A DNA stretch of 64,000 nt, from positions 2,099 through 66,098 of IMG/VR virus record IMGVR_UViG_3300027842_000015. The stretch is one strand, 5' to 3'. The stretch comes from a virus (Duplodnaviria > Caudoviricetes). Shown here piece by piece: positions 29,151 through 38,589 of this stretch. Made by a program: the position numbers and the translations under genes. Each line of letters starts with the position of its first letter. Position 1 is the first letter of the stretch. The notes below the pieces were generated by a model that saw only the letters and a list, made by a program, of their open reading frames with translations, did no database searches and was not told the DNA's origin.

Positions 29151-29603
29151 ATGAAAGAAATCATCTATCTGATTGGTAGTCTTAGGCTTCCTGCTGTGCG
29201 TGAGTTTGCCGCTGAGCTACGTGAGCACAATTTCGAAGTGTTCGATGACTGGCATGCTGCTGGCGAACGTGCAGATGATATCTGGCAGGCATACGAACAG
29301 GAACGCGGTCACACATATCTGGAAGCGCTTCAAAACTGGCATGCTAAGCATGTGTTCCATTTTGACTACACACATCTTTCACGGGCCGGCCTTGGGGTGT
29401 TGATGTTACCTGCCGGTAAATCTGCGCACCTTGAACTGGGCTTCATGCTTGGCAGGGGGAAGCGTGGATATGTTCTGTTTGACAAAGAGCCTGAAAGATG
29501 GGATGTTATGTATCAGTTTGCTACCGGGATTTTCACCGATAAGGACAAGCTTATCGAGGAACTGAAAAATCCTGGGAAGCAATGGGTAGGAGAATGCTCA
29601 TGA
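29151..29603 (+). CDS. Nucleoside 2-deoxyribosyltransferase-like protein
   Basis: IYLIGSLR...LPAGKSAHLELG flavodoxin-like NDT pattern. Confidence 0.65.
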   Translation: MKEIIYLIGSLRLPAVREFAAELREHNFEVFDDWHAAGERADDIWQAYEQERGHTYLEALQNWHAKHVFHFDYTHLSRAGLGVLMLPAGKSAHLELGFMLGRGKRGYVLFDKEPERWDVMYQFATGIFTDKDKLIEELKNPGKQWVGECS

Positions 29604-29971
29604 AACTCTATCTTGCAGGTCCTATGACTGGTTACAAAGATTTCAATTTTCCAGCCTTCCACAAGGCTGCTGCTGAACTACGTGCCGCTGGGCATGTGGT
29701 TTTTTCTCCCGCTGAGAAGGACATCGAATCATATGGAGTAGACTTATTCAAAGGTGAAGGTAGTCAAAAGGCTATCGAAGGGAAATTCAACCTTCGCGGA
29801 GCCCTTGCACAAGATTTAGAATTCATCTGCCTGGAAGCTGATGGCATCGCACTGATGCTTGGTTGGGAACGGTCTAAAGGTGCCAATGCCGAGAATGCTA
29901 CTGCGGTCGCCATTGGACTTAAGCGTATTTTCCAGGATATCGATGGCAATTGGGTAGGAGTGGGACAATGA
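29600..29971 (+). CDS. DUF4406 (NDT-like) protein
   Basis: YLAGPMTG..FNFPAF...GWERSKGANAE. Confidence 0.8.
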   Translation: MKLYLAGPMTGYKDFNFPAFHKAAAELRAAGHVVFSPAEKDIESYGVDLFKGEGSQKAIEGKFNLRGALAQDLEFICLEADGIALMLGWERSKGANAENATAVAIGLKRIFQDIDGNWVGVGQ

Positions 29972-30516
29972 CTGATGGGTATTGGGATAATTCCGGAAAA
30001 CATCATCCTGGTAAACCAACCAATCCCAAGGACGCTCTAGGTATCAAAAAGGTGCCTATGAGCACTATTCCGGCGCCTGTGATGGCAGAGCTAGGCGTTG
30101 CTATGCTTGAAGGGGCAATGAAATATGGACGCCATAATTATCGTGTCATTGGTGTACGTGGCAGTGTGTATTACGATGCCGTTATGCGGCATATGCTGTC
30201 ATGGTGGGAAGGTGAAAATGTGGACCCGGATAGCGGGGTTAATCACATAGTTAAAGCCATTGCATCTTTAGTGGTTCTACGCGATGCTATGCAGCGAGGA
30301 AATTGGGTTGATGATCGGCCACCGGCTTCACCTAATGGGTGGGTAGAACAATGCAACGAGCGTGTACAAAATCTTATCGAGAAATATCCTAATCCAATAA
30401 GGCCATACGTCAATGCCAACCAAACCCCTGAGCGAGCGGACACTAGCCGAAGTGGAACAGGGCAAGAAAATGGTGTTTCGCCACACGTACTCCCAGGAAA
30501 TTACCCGGTTACGTGA
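29968..30516 (+). CDS. dATP/dGTP diphosphohydrolase (DUF5664-like)
   Basis: GAMKYGRHNY...YYDAVMRH...DPDSGVNHI. Confidence 0.8.
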   Translation: MTDGYWDNSGKHHPGKPTNPKDALGIKKVPMSTIPAPVMAELGVAMLEGAMKYGRHNYRVIGVRGSVYYDAVMRHMLSWWEGENVDPDSGVNHIVKAIASLVVLRDAMQRGNWVDDRPPASPNGWVEQCNERVQNLIEKYPNPIRPYVNANQTPERADTSRSGTGQENGVSPHVLPGNYPVT

Positions 30517-30703
30517 AGCAGGTTTGAACATAGAGCCTGATACACCTGAATTGCTAGCATTCCATGTAGAGGTTGCCCGAGCATCAGGTGTCCTTCCTGA
30601 GAAAGGAAGATATAACTGTGGATGTTGCGGTCAAGAGCACGCATATGGAGAACGTTGCCCACAAATAGGTCACCACATAATAAATTGGAGTACAATAGTG
30701 TGA
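30413..30703 (+). CDS. Hypothetical protein with C-terminal Cys cluster
   Basis: CGCCGQEH..C; overlaps upstream gene. Confidence 0.4.
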   Translation: MPTKPLSERTLAEVEQGKKMVFRHTYSQEITRLREAGLNIEPDTPELLAFHVEVARASGVLPEKGRYNCGCCGQEHAYGERCPQIGHHIINWSTIV

Positions 30704-31392
30704 GTAAATTCAACTGGTCATATAGCAAACTTGACGGTTTTGAGACTTGCGCCAAACGGTATTACAACTACTCTGCTGCGCCATACGAGCAGCGGGTAAA
30801 AGATACCGACACAGATAACATAAAATGGGGAAATGAAGTTCACGATGCCATGCGGGACGCCATAAAAGGCGGTAAACCATTGCCCGAGTACATGGCGCCA
30901 TACCAGCCTTGGGTAGATAGAGTTCTTGCCGGTCCTGGCGAGCTATTTGTGGAGCAGAAATATGGTCTTACTAACGATCTCTCGCCTTGTCCTTATTTCG
31001 CTCCTAATTTCTGGTACCGTGGCATCGCTGACGTGGTGCGTATCGATGGCCCTGTGGGTTTGGCAATAGACTGGAAAACAGGTAAGCCTAAAGAAGGATC
31101 AGTACAGCTTGGCCTTATGGCATTGTGCCTATTTCAACATTATCCGCGGCTCTCGGTCATAAGAACTGAATATGTGTGGTTGAACGAAGACCCTAATAGT
31201 CCAGAAGCGACCACTACCAAGGTATTTCGTCGTACTGAGATGCCTGAATTCGTGGCAAAGCTACTTCCTAGGGTACAAAAACTACAATGGGCACATGAGA
31301 CGAGTACGTTCCCGCCTACTCCTGGCGGTCTTTGCGTTAGATACTGTAAGGTAGTAAGTTGCCCATATCACGGGAAAGGAACTAAGATATGA
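30700..31392 (+). CDS. Cas4/RecB-like PD-(D/E)XK exonuclease
   Basis: SYSKL..FETC, GIAD, IDWKTG, QL motif, C-terminal C..YC....C; GTG start with RBS GGAG. Confidence 0.85.
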   Translation: MSKFNWSYSKLDGFETCAKRYYNYSAAPYEQRVKDTDTDNIKWGNEVHDAMRDAIKGGKPLPEYMAPYQPWVDRVLAGPGELFVEQKYGLTNDLSPCPYFAPNFWYRGIADVVRIDGPVGLAIDWKTGKPKEGSVQLGLMALCLFQHYPRLSVIRTEYVWLNEDPNSPEATTTKVFRRTEMPEFVAKLLPRVQKLQWAHETSTFPPTPGGLCVRYCKVVSCPYHGKGTKI

Positions 31393-31748
31393 GCCCTCAA
31401 AGTAAAGCACAGGTATTCGAGCAATATGTGCATCAGAATTGGAAAAATAACCCTGCACCTGACTGGCGGGGTATGGCAATCATGGCATGCGGAGCCTGTG
31501 GTGAAACTGGTGAGTATATGGAGCATTTCAAGAAAGTGATCCGGGACTACAATGGGGATTTCCGAGCTTATCTTAATAGTTCTCCGATGAAGCGTCAGGA
31601 AGTTTTATACGAGTTTGGTGATGCACTCCATTATATGGTACGCATCATGCAGTATTTCGACTTCACGCTTGAACAAGCTATGGAAGCTAACATATATAAG
31701 CTTGATAAGCGATATGGCCAAGACCGACAATATAAGGTGAAATCATGA
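31389..31748 (+). CDS. MazG-like nucleotide pyrophosphohydrolase
   Basis: GETGEYMEHFKK...EFGDALHY...NIYKL. Confidence 0.8.
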   Translation: MSPQSKAQVFEQYVHQNWKNNPAPDWRGMAIMACGACGETGEYMEHFKKVIRDYNGDFRAYLNSSPMKRQEVLYEFGDALHYMVRIMQYFDFTLEQAMEANIYKLDKRYGQDRQYKVKS

Positions 31749-32053
31749 CCCCCGAAGGTAAGATCAAAAAGAAATTCAGTGCCGGACTGAAAGAGCTACA
31801 AGAGCGCTATGGCAAGCTAATGATCCGTATGCCTGTATCACGAGGTATGGGTAAGCCGCTTCTGGATTATCTACTTTGTGTCAAAGGTAAGTTTGTCTTA
31901 GTGGAGGCCAAGCGAGATGCTGATCACGGACTTACAACACAACAAAAAATCACTCGATTGGAGTGTATCGATGCAGGGGGTATAGTTTTTACAGTGTATG
32001 ATGATGAATCGATTGAAGCGGTACTATCAGTCATTGAAAATGAGATAGCATGA
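31745..32053 (+). CDS. VRR-NUC domain nuclease
   Basis: MTPEGKIK...D.L....G.F..VEAK...T..Q. Confidence 0.8.
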   Translation: MTPEGKIKKKFSAGLKELQERYGKLMIRMPVSRGMGKPLLDYLLCVKGKFVLVEAKRDADHGLTTQQKITRLECIDAGGIVFTVYDDESIEAVLSVIENEIA

Positions 32054-33621
32054 GTTCAGTAATCGTCTCCAAGCCCAATCAATCGCTCGCGGTCCCGCGT
32101 ACCAAGGGTATGATGGGCTTATTCCCTGACGGGAAGCCGCTAGAAAACCTATGGGTGATCAAGCATGGACTGGCGGAATATACTCTTCTTCGGCGTCTTG
32201 GTTTTGATCTCCCTAACCCCATTATTTGTTATTATGATTGGGCGGGTGGTACACCATTTCTGACCCAAAAGGTAACAGGGTCGCTTCTTACGGCTAACCC
32301 AAGAGCCTATGTCCTGAACGATATGGGTACCGGCAAGACCCGGGGCGCGCTGTGGTCCTGGGATTACCTTCGCGGTAACAGGTACTGCGGGAAACTTTTG
32401 GTTGTTTGCAAACTGTCGAATACTGATCTGGTGTGGGGCAAGGAAGCTTTTGGCGCGATCCCGCATCGCAAAGCCGTAATACTTACAGGCTCTAAGAAAA
32501 AGCGCCTAGAACGTCTTAATGATCCTGAGGCTGAGATTTTCATCGTCAACCATGACGGTGTAAAAGTTCTATATGAGGACCTTAAACAGCGCAAAGATAT
32601 CGATGTTCTATGTATTGACGAACTTGCCACGTTCCGTAATCCTAACCCGCGTTCTAAATTGATGGTTAGTCTTGCGCAACCGATGAAATTTGTATGGGGC
32701 ATGACTGGAAGCCCCATGCCTAATGATCCTGTGGACGTGTGGATGCAGTGTAAGATTATAACCCCGCACACTGTACCGCGTTGGCGCTCTCACGCCCGTG
32801 ACATGCTTATGACCAAGAGGGGTGAGTATCTATGGGTTCCCAAAGAAGGCGCAATAGAGAAAGCATATTCTTGGATGGTTCCAGCAGTTAGGTTCACCAT
32901 GGATGATGTGCAGGAGTTACCCGAGCGTGTGGAGCGATATATCGATGTGCCACTTAGCCAAGAGCAGAGCGACACGTACACAAAAATCAAAAATGATTTT
33001 TTAGCCACCATGGACAATGGACAGAAGATCAATGCTGTGAATGCAGCCGCCGCTATGATCAAGTTGCTTCAAGTATCAGGTGGTTATGTGTACGATGACC
33101 AAAAGAACGTAGTGAAGCTTGAGTGTGACGGACGCAAACAGGTCCTACGTGATCTTGTTACGTCTGCCAGTCACAAGGTTTTGGTTTTCTGCCCATTCAG
33201 GCATATGGTCGAAGGGCTGTCTGAACTGTTTGGTGGTGAGGACCCTATAGAACATGCTATCGTGCATGGAGATGTACCTGAGAAAGAACGTAATCAGATA
33301 TTTCGAGATTTTCAGGATACTCCACGGTATAAGGCAATTCTAGCACACCCTGGTACAATGGCTCATGGGTTGACATTGACCGCAGCGGACACGATCATAT
33401 GGTATTGCCCTATGCCATCACTAGAAATTTATGAGCAAGCGTGCGCAAGAATTCATAGAGTTGGACAAAAGCACCGGCATCAAATAATTCATTTGCAAGC
33501 GACGCCAGTTGAACGTAAATTATATGCCTTGCTTCGACGTAAAGCAAAAATACAAGCGGAGTTTCTTTCTCTTTTTGCAGAGGCAACTGCAACTGCCCAA
33601 AGTGGAGTACAGGGAGCGTGA
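32050..33621 (+). CDS. SNF2-family helicase
   Basis: DMGTGKT, IDE, MTGSP, HGLTLT, QACARIHRVGQ. Confidence 0.92.
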   Translation: MSSVIVSKPNQSLAVPRTKGMMGLFPDGKPLENLWVIKHGLAEYTLLRRLGFDLPNPIICYYDWAGGTPFLTQKVTGSLLTANPRAYVLNDMGTGKTRGALWSWDYLRGNRYCGKLLVVCKLSNTDLVWGKEAFGAIPHRKAVILTGSKKKRLERLNDPEAEIFIVNHDGVKVLYEDLKQRKDIDVLCIDELATFRNPNPRSKLMVSLAQPMKFVWGMTGSPMPNDPVDVWMQCKIITPHTVPRWRSHARDMLMTKRGEYLWVPKEGAIEKAYSWMVPAVRFTMDDVQELPERVERYIDVPLSQEQSDTYTKIKNDFLATMDNGQKINAVNAAAAMIKLLQVSGGYVYDDQKNVVKLECDGRKQVLRDLVTSASHKVLVFCPFRHMVEGLSELFGGEDPIEHAIVHGDVPEKERNQIFRDFQDTPRYKAILAHPGTMAHGLTLTAADTIIWYCPMPSLEIYEQACARIHRVGQKHRHQIIHLQATPVERKLYALLRRKAKIQAEFLSLFAEATATAQSGVQGA

Positions 33622-33747
33622 CATGTGGATCACGGTAAAAGAGAGAATTACTAATTGTGGTGACTTGAAAGAAGCTTTGAAAACCGTGCCAGATGATGCT
33701 ATACCGGAAATTGTATGTTTCCGGATATGGAAGAGGGAGCAAGACGA

Positions 33748-34179
33748 ATGGCAGAACCAACAGAAGAAGGAATAGTCGCTAAGCGTACAGCACAGTACCT
33801 CGCGATCAAAGCCAAGCTGAAAGAGATGGATGACGAAAACGAGAAGAAGAAAAAGCCCCTACAGGAAATTAAGCAACTTTTGGAAGGGTACTTTGAAGAG
33901 GTGCTTACGCAAACAGGTGTTAAGACACTTGTGTCAAAAACTGGGACTATTCACTGGAATACACGACATTCATGCCCTCTTGAAGACCCACAGGAGTTCA
34001 TGGATTTTGTGATCAAGTACAACCAGTTCGACTTGCTCGATCGGCGTGCCAATCCTACAGCCGTTAGAGAATATTGCAAAGAACATGGCGTCATCCCGCC
34101 CGGCGCTGATCCTAAGACCATACGTACTATCGGGGCGCGGGTACCGGGTGCAAAAGCCAAAGCAGGAGAAGACGAATGA
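33748..34179 (+). CDS. Hypothetical replication-module protein
   Basis: RBS GGGAG; coiled-coil N-terminus, C-terminal PPG. Confidence 0.65.
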   Translation: MAEPTEEGIVAKRTAQYLAIKAKLKEMDDENEKKKKPLQEIKQLLEGYFEEVLTQTGVKTLVSKTGTIHWNTRHSCPLEDPQEFMDFVIKYNQFDLLDRRANPTAVREYCKEHGVIPPGADPKTIRTIGARVPGAKAKAGEDE

Positions 34180-34327
34180 CCGTAAATGTTAAACAGCTTA
34201 TGCCTCTTTTGGAAAAGCTAGACAATGTATTGGGAGATAATGAACTCCCAACAGAAGTTAAATTTTATGGCGCAGGAGCAATTCTAGCTATGATTAAAGC
34301 TGTACTTGAAAATGAGGAGAAAAACCA

Positions 34328-35518
34328 ATGACACAAGAACTTGCAAACACTGGTGGAGTGCCCGATTGGGCAAAGACGCGACCGCCCGCAGGCTTTGAGA
34401 GCCTTTCACCTGAGGAAAGCCTGGGCGAAGGCATTGGTTCTAGCTACCCAATTATCGGGTACAAGGGTAAAATTTGGTCAATTAGACACCAAGGTAACAA
34501 CCACATCCTTGTGCGGCCTGATGATGGCTCGCCTATGAGCTATATCGACGTGGTGATCCTTAGGTCACCTAAGGTGAAGGCCAAGTCGTATTATCCGGAT
34601 GGGTTCGAAGAAAATTCCTCCGCTGGCAAGCGTCCTACCTGTGCCTCTATGGATGGTGTTCGCCCTGATCCGGACGTGATCCAAAAGCAGTCTGAACTTT
34701 GTGCAACTTGCAAGCACAACGAATTCTACACTGACAATAACGGTCGCAAGACCCGGGACTGCTCCGACTACAAGCGACTAGCTGTGCTAGTCATGCCCAA
34801 CCAAACGGTGCGCCTGTTCGGTACGCCGCTTATGGAGCCGGCATTCTTGCGGGTGCCTCCTGCGTCTTTGCAAAAGCTTCTCACGTTTGGCGACAACATG
34901 GCGAAGCAGGGGTGGCCTTACTCGTCGTTCATCACGAGAATTTCGTTCGATCCACAGAAATCCCATCCCGAGTTCGATTTTAAGGCCCTTCAGGCGTTGA
35001 CCCCGAAGGAAGCCCCGGTGATCATCCAGATGCGAGAGGATATGGCCTCTAAACGTATCACTGGGGAAGACGAGATTGCCCGACGTGAGCGCGTTGCTCT
35101 CGCGGGTCCAGGAACGGGTGGCGCCGGTCAAGGAACTGCCCCGGCACTGCCGGCACAGTCTCCAGCCCCCGTCCAGCAGGGTAGTGCTGGAGGGGTTACA
35201 GCAGTAGGCAGTCAAGCGCGTATAACGCCGCCTACCGTTGCACTCCCTCAGGCGGTGGCGACGCCTGAGCCAAATCCTGGGCTCGATGCGTTCACGGCGG
35301 GCGCTCCCGTTACCGCGAAGGTAACGGTCCCGGCTAACACGGTGGTGGACCTTCAGCCTAACGAACAGGGGGCATTCTCCATTGAGGTTCCTGTTGAGCC
35401 TAACCTAAATCCGCAACCAGGGGCAATGGTTGGACAGACTGCCGCGGATGTTGGCGTAGATGCAGTAGATGATCCAGACCTTGATAGGAAAATTGCGGCT
35501 ATGCTTGCGACCCAGTAA
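34328..35518 (+). CDS. Putative ssDNA-binding/annealing protein
   Basis: Between helicase and primase; CASMDG, CATC, C; acidic low-complexity tail. Confidence 0.55.
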   Translation: MTQELANTGGVPDWAKTRPPAGFESLSPEESLGEGIGSSYPIIGYKGKIWSIRHQGNNHILVRPDDGSPMSYIDVVILRSPKVKAKSYYPDGFEENSSAGKRPTCASMDGVRPDPDVIQKQSELCATCKHNEFYTDNNGRKTRDCSDYKRLAVLVMPNQTVRLFGTPLMEPAFLRVPPASLQKLLTFGDNMAKQGWPYSSFITRISFDPQKSHPEFDFKALQALTPKEAPVIIQMREDMASKRITGEDEIARRERVALAGPGTGGAGQGTAPALPAQSPAPVQQGSAGGVTAVGSQARITPPTVALPQAVATPEPNPGLDAFTAGAPVTAKVTVPANTVVDLQPNEQGAFSIEVPVEPNLNPQPGAMVGQTAADVGVDAVDDPDLDRKIAAMLATQ

Positions 35519-35529
35519 GGGTATGTGGT

Positions 35530-38500
35530 TTGAGTACAAACATTCGCGACTTCCTGCTTCGCGTATTACCTTGGCCCGGGGACGATCTCCCCGGGTTCTT
35601 AAATGTGCATGTTCAAGGTAAAATAGATGGCAAATCGTTTTGGTCTGGTGCGCCAACACGAAACGTAGACCAATTTCTGCAAGCGGTTTACACATATCGT
35701 AGTTGGCCTACGCCACCGGACATTTATTTCTGTTTGTCCCGCCAGTCTCATGTGAAAACTATCGGAGACAGACAGAAGGCTGCCAAATCCCAACAGAATG
35801 CATTAGCCCTAAAAGCCATATGGTTAGACGTTGACGTGAAACCTAAGGCGTTCCAAACCATAGCGGAGGCACTAGATGCCGTCAAAGAGTTCTATACTAA
35901 AAATTCTTTGCCTAAGCCTTCTGCTTACGTGGCCTCTGGCGGCGGTCTTCATGTTTATTGGATATCTGATCGCGCACTAGCTCCGCAAGAGTGGCAACCA
36001 TATGCGGAAGGGCTTAAGGCTCTAGCGATAGAGTTCTTTGGTGGCAAAATCGATGCTGGTGTAATTGCGGATAGCGCACGAGTATTGCGCGTACCCGGTA
36101 CACGCAACTATAAGTACGACCCACCGAAAGATGTGAAACTACTTGGCATAGGAGGCGACTATGACTTTTCTCAAGCTTTATCTACTTTGCCGTTATTGGT
36201 TACGCCAAATAGTTTTAGACATACTATACCCAATAATCACATACTTACCGGTAAGCCTGACGCTGCCTTTGTTTCACTATCTGTCGAAAGTTGCGGAGAA
36301 GGACTTAGAGCGTTGGAACCGTTACCTCCGCTCGATCCAACCGAAATGGTCCGACAGTGCGGACACTTCCGAGAAGCACTAACAACCGGTGGCAAAGACT
36401 TCTCGCAAGGTCTTTGGAACCTAACCACTCTTGCGTCTACGTTTTTGGAGGATGGCCATGCACTTGCACATAGGATGGCTAGGGGTCACAGCGGATATAC
36501 GTATGACGAGACTGAAGCGCTTTGGGAACGGAAGCTTGCTGAACGCCAATCTATCGGTTTGGGTTGGCCCTCGTGTTCCTCTATTCAGGGCGAAGGTTGC
36601 AAACATTGTGCAACCTGTCCGATCTTGGCTAGAAACAAGTCACCCCTCAATCTGGCGAGAATTCCAGTACGGCAATCCGCCAGTGGACGGGTTAATATTT
36701 TATCCACGCCCGTGGCGACATATGTGGCACCTAGCCAAGTTGGAACGTCAAGGGTTTTGGTACCCTTAACAGACGCGGATATGCCTGATCCTTCGTACAC
36801 TGTAATCAACGACATAATCCACAAAATAATCGAACATAGCTCACGTGGTGAAGCTCCTGATATCAAGCACTTGCCACTTTTCCACTGCAAACTATACGAT
36901 CCGTGGGTACAGGCATGGCCTGATGCGTTGAATTTTATTACCTCGGCTGACAAGGGTTCCTATGCTGAGGTATGTTTGGAAAAGAAAAAGATGACCGCAA
37001 TGGAACTCGAACGTGTTCTTTTAGATGCACGGGTACTACATGTTCCTGAGAACATGAAATATGTGAGGAGTTTTATCATGTCGTGGCTTGGAAAATTACA
37101 GAACGCAGCCGCCGCTCATACCAACGTGCCATTCGGATGGCATATGGATGGTAACACTTGCAAGGGGTTCTCCTACGGGAGTATCTTATACAAACCCGAT
37201 GGGTCACGTGGACCAGTTGGTCTAATCGATCCCAAATTGCGCGCGAAATATGGTCCTACTGGTGACGTTGATTGTTGGTGGGAAGCATACAGAACCATTC
37301 GTAATCAAGAACGCATCGGTCTACAGGTTGTCATGGCTTCCGCATTCGCTGCCCCACTGATGTTTGGTTCTGGGCAATATTGTGTGCTTATGTCTGTGTT
37401 CGGAGATAGTGGCGCGAATAAGTCCTCCGCAGCGCGGGTAGCCGCCGCGGTGTGGGGTAGCCCTAAGCTGACCAAGGAAAACGAGAACGCCACGGAGAAG
37501 TCTGTACTTCAAACCCTTGGGCAGATCAAGCATCTTCCCTATTTCTGGGATGAAATCAAAAATGATCAAGCCCAAAAGAAAGCATATAATGTCCTGTATA
37601 TGGGGACAGGTGGTGCAGAAGGTAGCCGTCTTAATGCGGATGTAACCCAGCGAGATAAGGGAGATTGGCAAACGATTGTGGGTATTTTCTCCAATCCTTG
37701 TTTTGGGAATTACATCTTGAAGGAAAATCCCAATACTACTGCTGGTCTTATGCGTGTATTCGAGTGGGAGGAAAAAGAACCTCCTAAAGGTGGCCCTGGC
37801 CAGATTAGCGTAAGTGACGCTGACCGCATCTTCGACAAGCTGGATCGAAATTTTGGTCAAATTGGAAAAGAGTATTCAGCTTTCCTGGGAGCTAATCACG
37901 ATCTTGTGTATCAACATGTATCACAGGAAGGCCGTTGGTTCGAAAAAGCCGTTGAAGACCCCAAGAGGAATACTAATGCTGAGCGTTTTTGGATTGCATT
38001 TGCATCCGCGATACAAAGCGGTGCGGAATTTGCGAACCAGTATATCGGAACCGACTTTGACCTAGACGAAATGCGAATATTCCTTGTTCAGAAAATCCTT
38101 GCCATGCGCGCTCGTAGCCGAGAAGAAAATGTGCAAGGGGGCAGTGCCGAACATACTGAAGATATGCTCACTAATTTTCTGAAATATGAGGAACGTGCCA
38201 CTTGTGCTACGAAAGGGGCACCGCCACTGAAACCCGGTACTCCCGGGATTATAAATATCGACCACGCCCCACAGAATGGCGTAGCTGTGCAAGTTCAATG
38301 GATAAACGGTCCTAATCCCGAGCTACGTTTCTCTAAGAAAGAGTTTTACCGGTGGCTGGGACAACCCGACGTAAAAGGTGACACTCGCGCAATTATGGAA
38401 GGTTTAAAGAAGCACTATGGCGCGATTGTAAAGCGTGGCACGTTGGCGGCCGGTACCAATCTCGCACATGGCGCAGAACCGCTTGTATTTATGCCAGTTC

Positions 38501-38589
38501 CAAATGGAGATGGTATTGGAGAGATGATGCCTGATAAACCAGTGGATATGTCTGTGATGCTAGCTAACCCTGATGCCGTCAAATCGTGA
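35530..38589 (+). CDS. Primase (RepB/AEP-like) fused to DUF927-like helicase
   Basis: WLDVD, SGGGLHVYW, RVLRVPGT; Cys cluster; GDSGANKS, FWDE. Confidence 0.85.
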   Translation: MSTNIRDFLLRVLPWPGDDLPGFLNVHVQGKIDGKSFWSGAPTRNVDQFLQAVYTYRSWPTPPDIYFCLSRQSHVKTIGDRQKAAKSQQNALALKAIWLDVDVKPKAFQTIAEALDAVKEFYTKNSLPKPSAYVASGGGLHVYWISDRALAPQEWQPYAEGLKALAIEFFGGKIDAGVIADSARVLRVPGTRNYKYDPPKDVKLLGIGGDYDFSQALSTLPLLVTPNSFRHTIPNNHILTGKPDAAFVSLSVESCGEGLRALEPLPPLDPTEMVRQCGHFREALTTGGKDFSQGLWNLTTLASTFLEDGHALAHRMARGHSGYTYDETEALWERKLAERQSIGLGWPSCSSIQGEGCKHCATCPILARNKSPLNLARIPVRQSASGRVNILSTPVATYVAPSQVGTSRVLVPLTDADMPDPSYTVINDIIHKIIEHSSRGEAPDIKHLPLFHCKLYDPWVQAWPDALNFITSADKGSYAEVCLEKKKMTAMELERVLLDARVLHVPENMKYVRSFIMSWLGKLQNAAAAHTNVPFGWHMDGNTCKGFSYGSILYKPDGSRGPVGLIDPKLRAKYGPTGDVDCWWEAYRTIRNQERIGLQVVMASAFAAPLMFGSGQYCVLMSVFGDSGANKSSAARVAAAVWGSPKLTKENENATEKSVLQTLGQIKHLPYFWDEIKNDQAQKKAYNVLYMGTGGAEGSRLNADVTQRDKGDWQTIVGIFSNPCFGNYILKENPNTTAGLMRVFEWEEKEPPKGGPGQISVSDADRIFDKLDRNFGQIGKEYSAFLGANHDLVYQHVSQEGRWFEKAVEDPKRNTNAERFWIAFASAIQSGAEFANQYIGTDFDLDEMRIFLVQKILAMRARSREENVQGGSAEHTEDMLTNFLKYEERATCATKGAPPLKPGTPGIINIDHAPQNGVAVQVQWINGPNPELRFSKKEFYRWLGQPDVKGDTRAIMEGLKKHYGAIVKRGTLAAGTNLAHGAEPLVFMPVPNGDGIGEMMPDKPVDMSVMLANPDAVKS

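Noticed and set aside
29406-29419. TTACC-N4-GGTAA here and TTACC-N6-GGTAA at 58013-58028
   Set aside because: Wrong spacer length; single occurrences, excluded from the motif count
27045-30516. Diaminopurine (Z) genome
   Set aside because: A DUF5664-like gene is present but no purZ is visible, so it cannot be claimed
30700-31392. Cas4-like gene as evidence of a CRISPR-Cas system
   Set aside because: Stand-alone phage replication exonuclease; no other cas genes or array in the window
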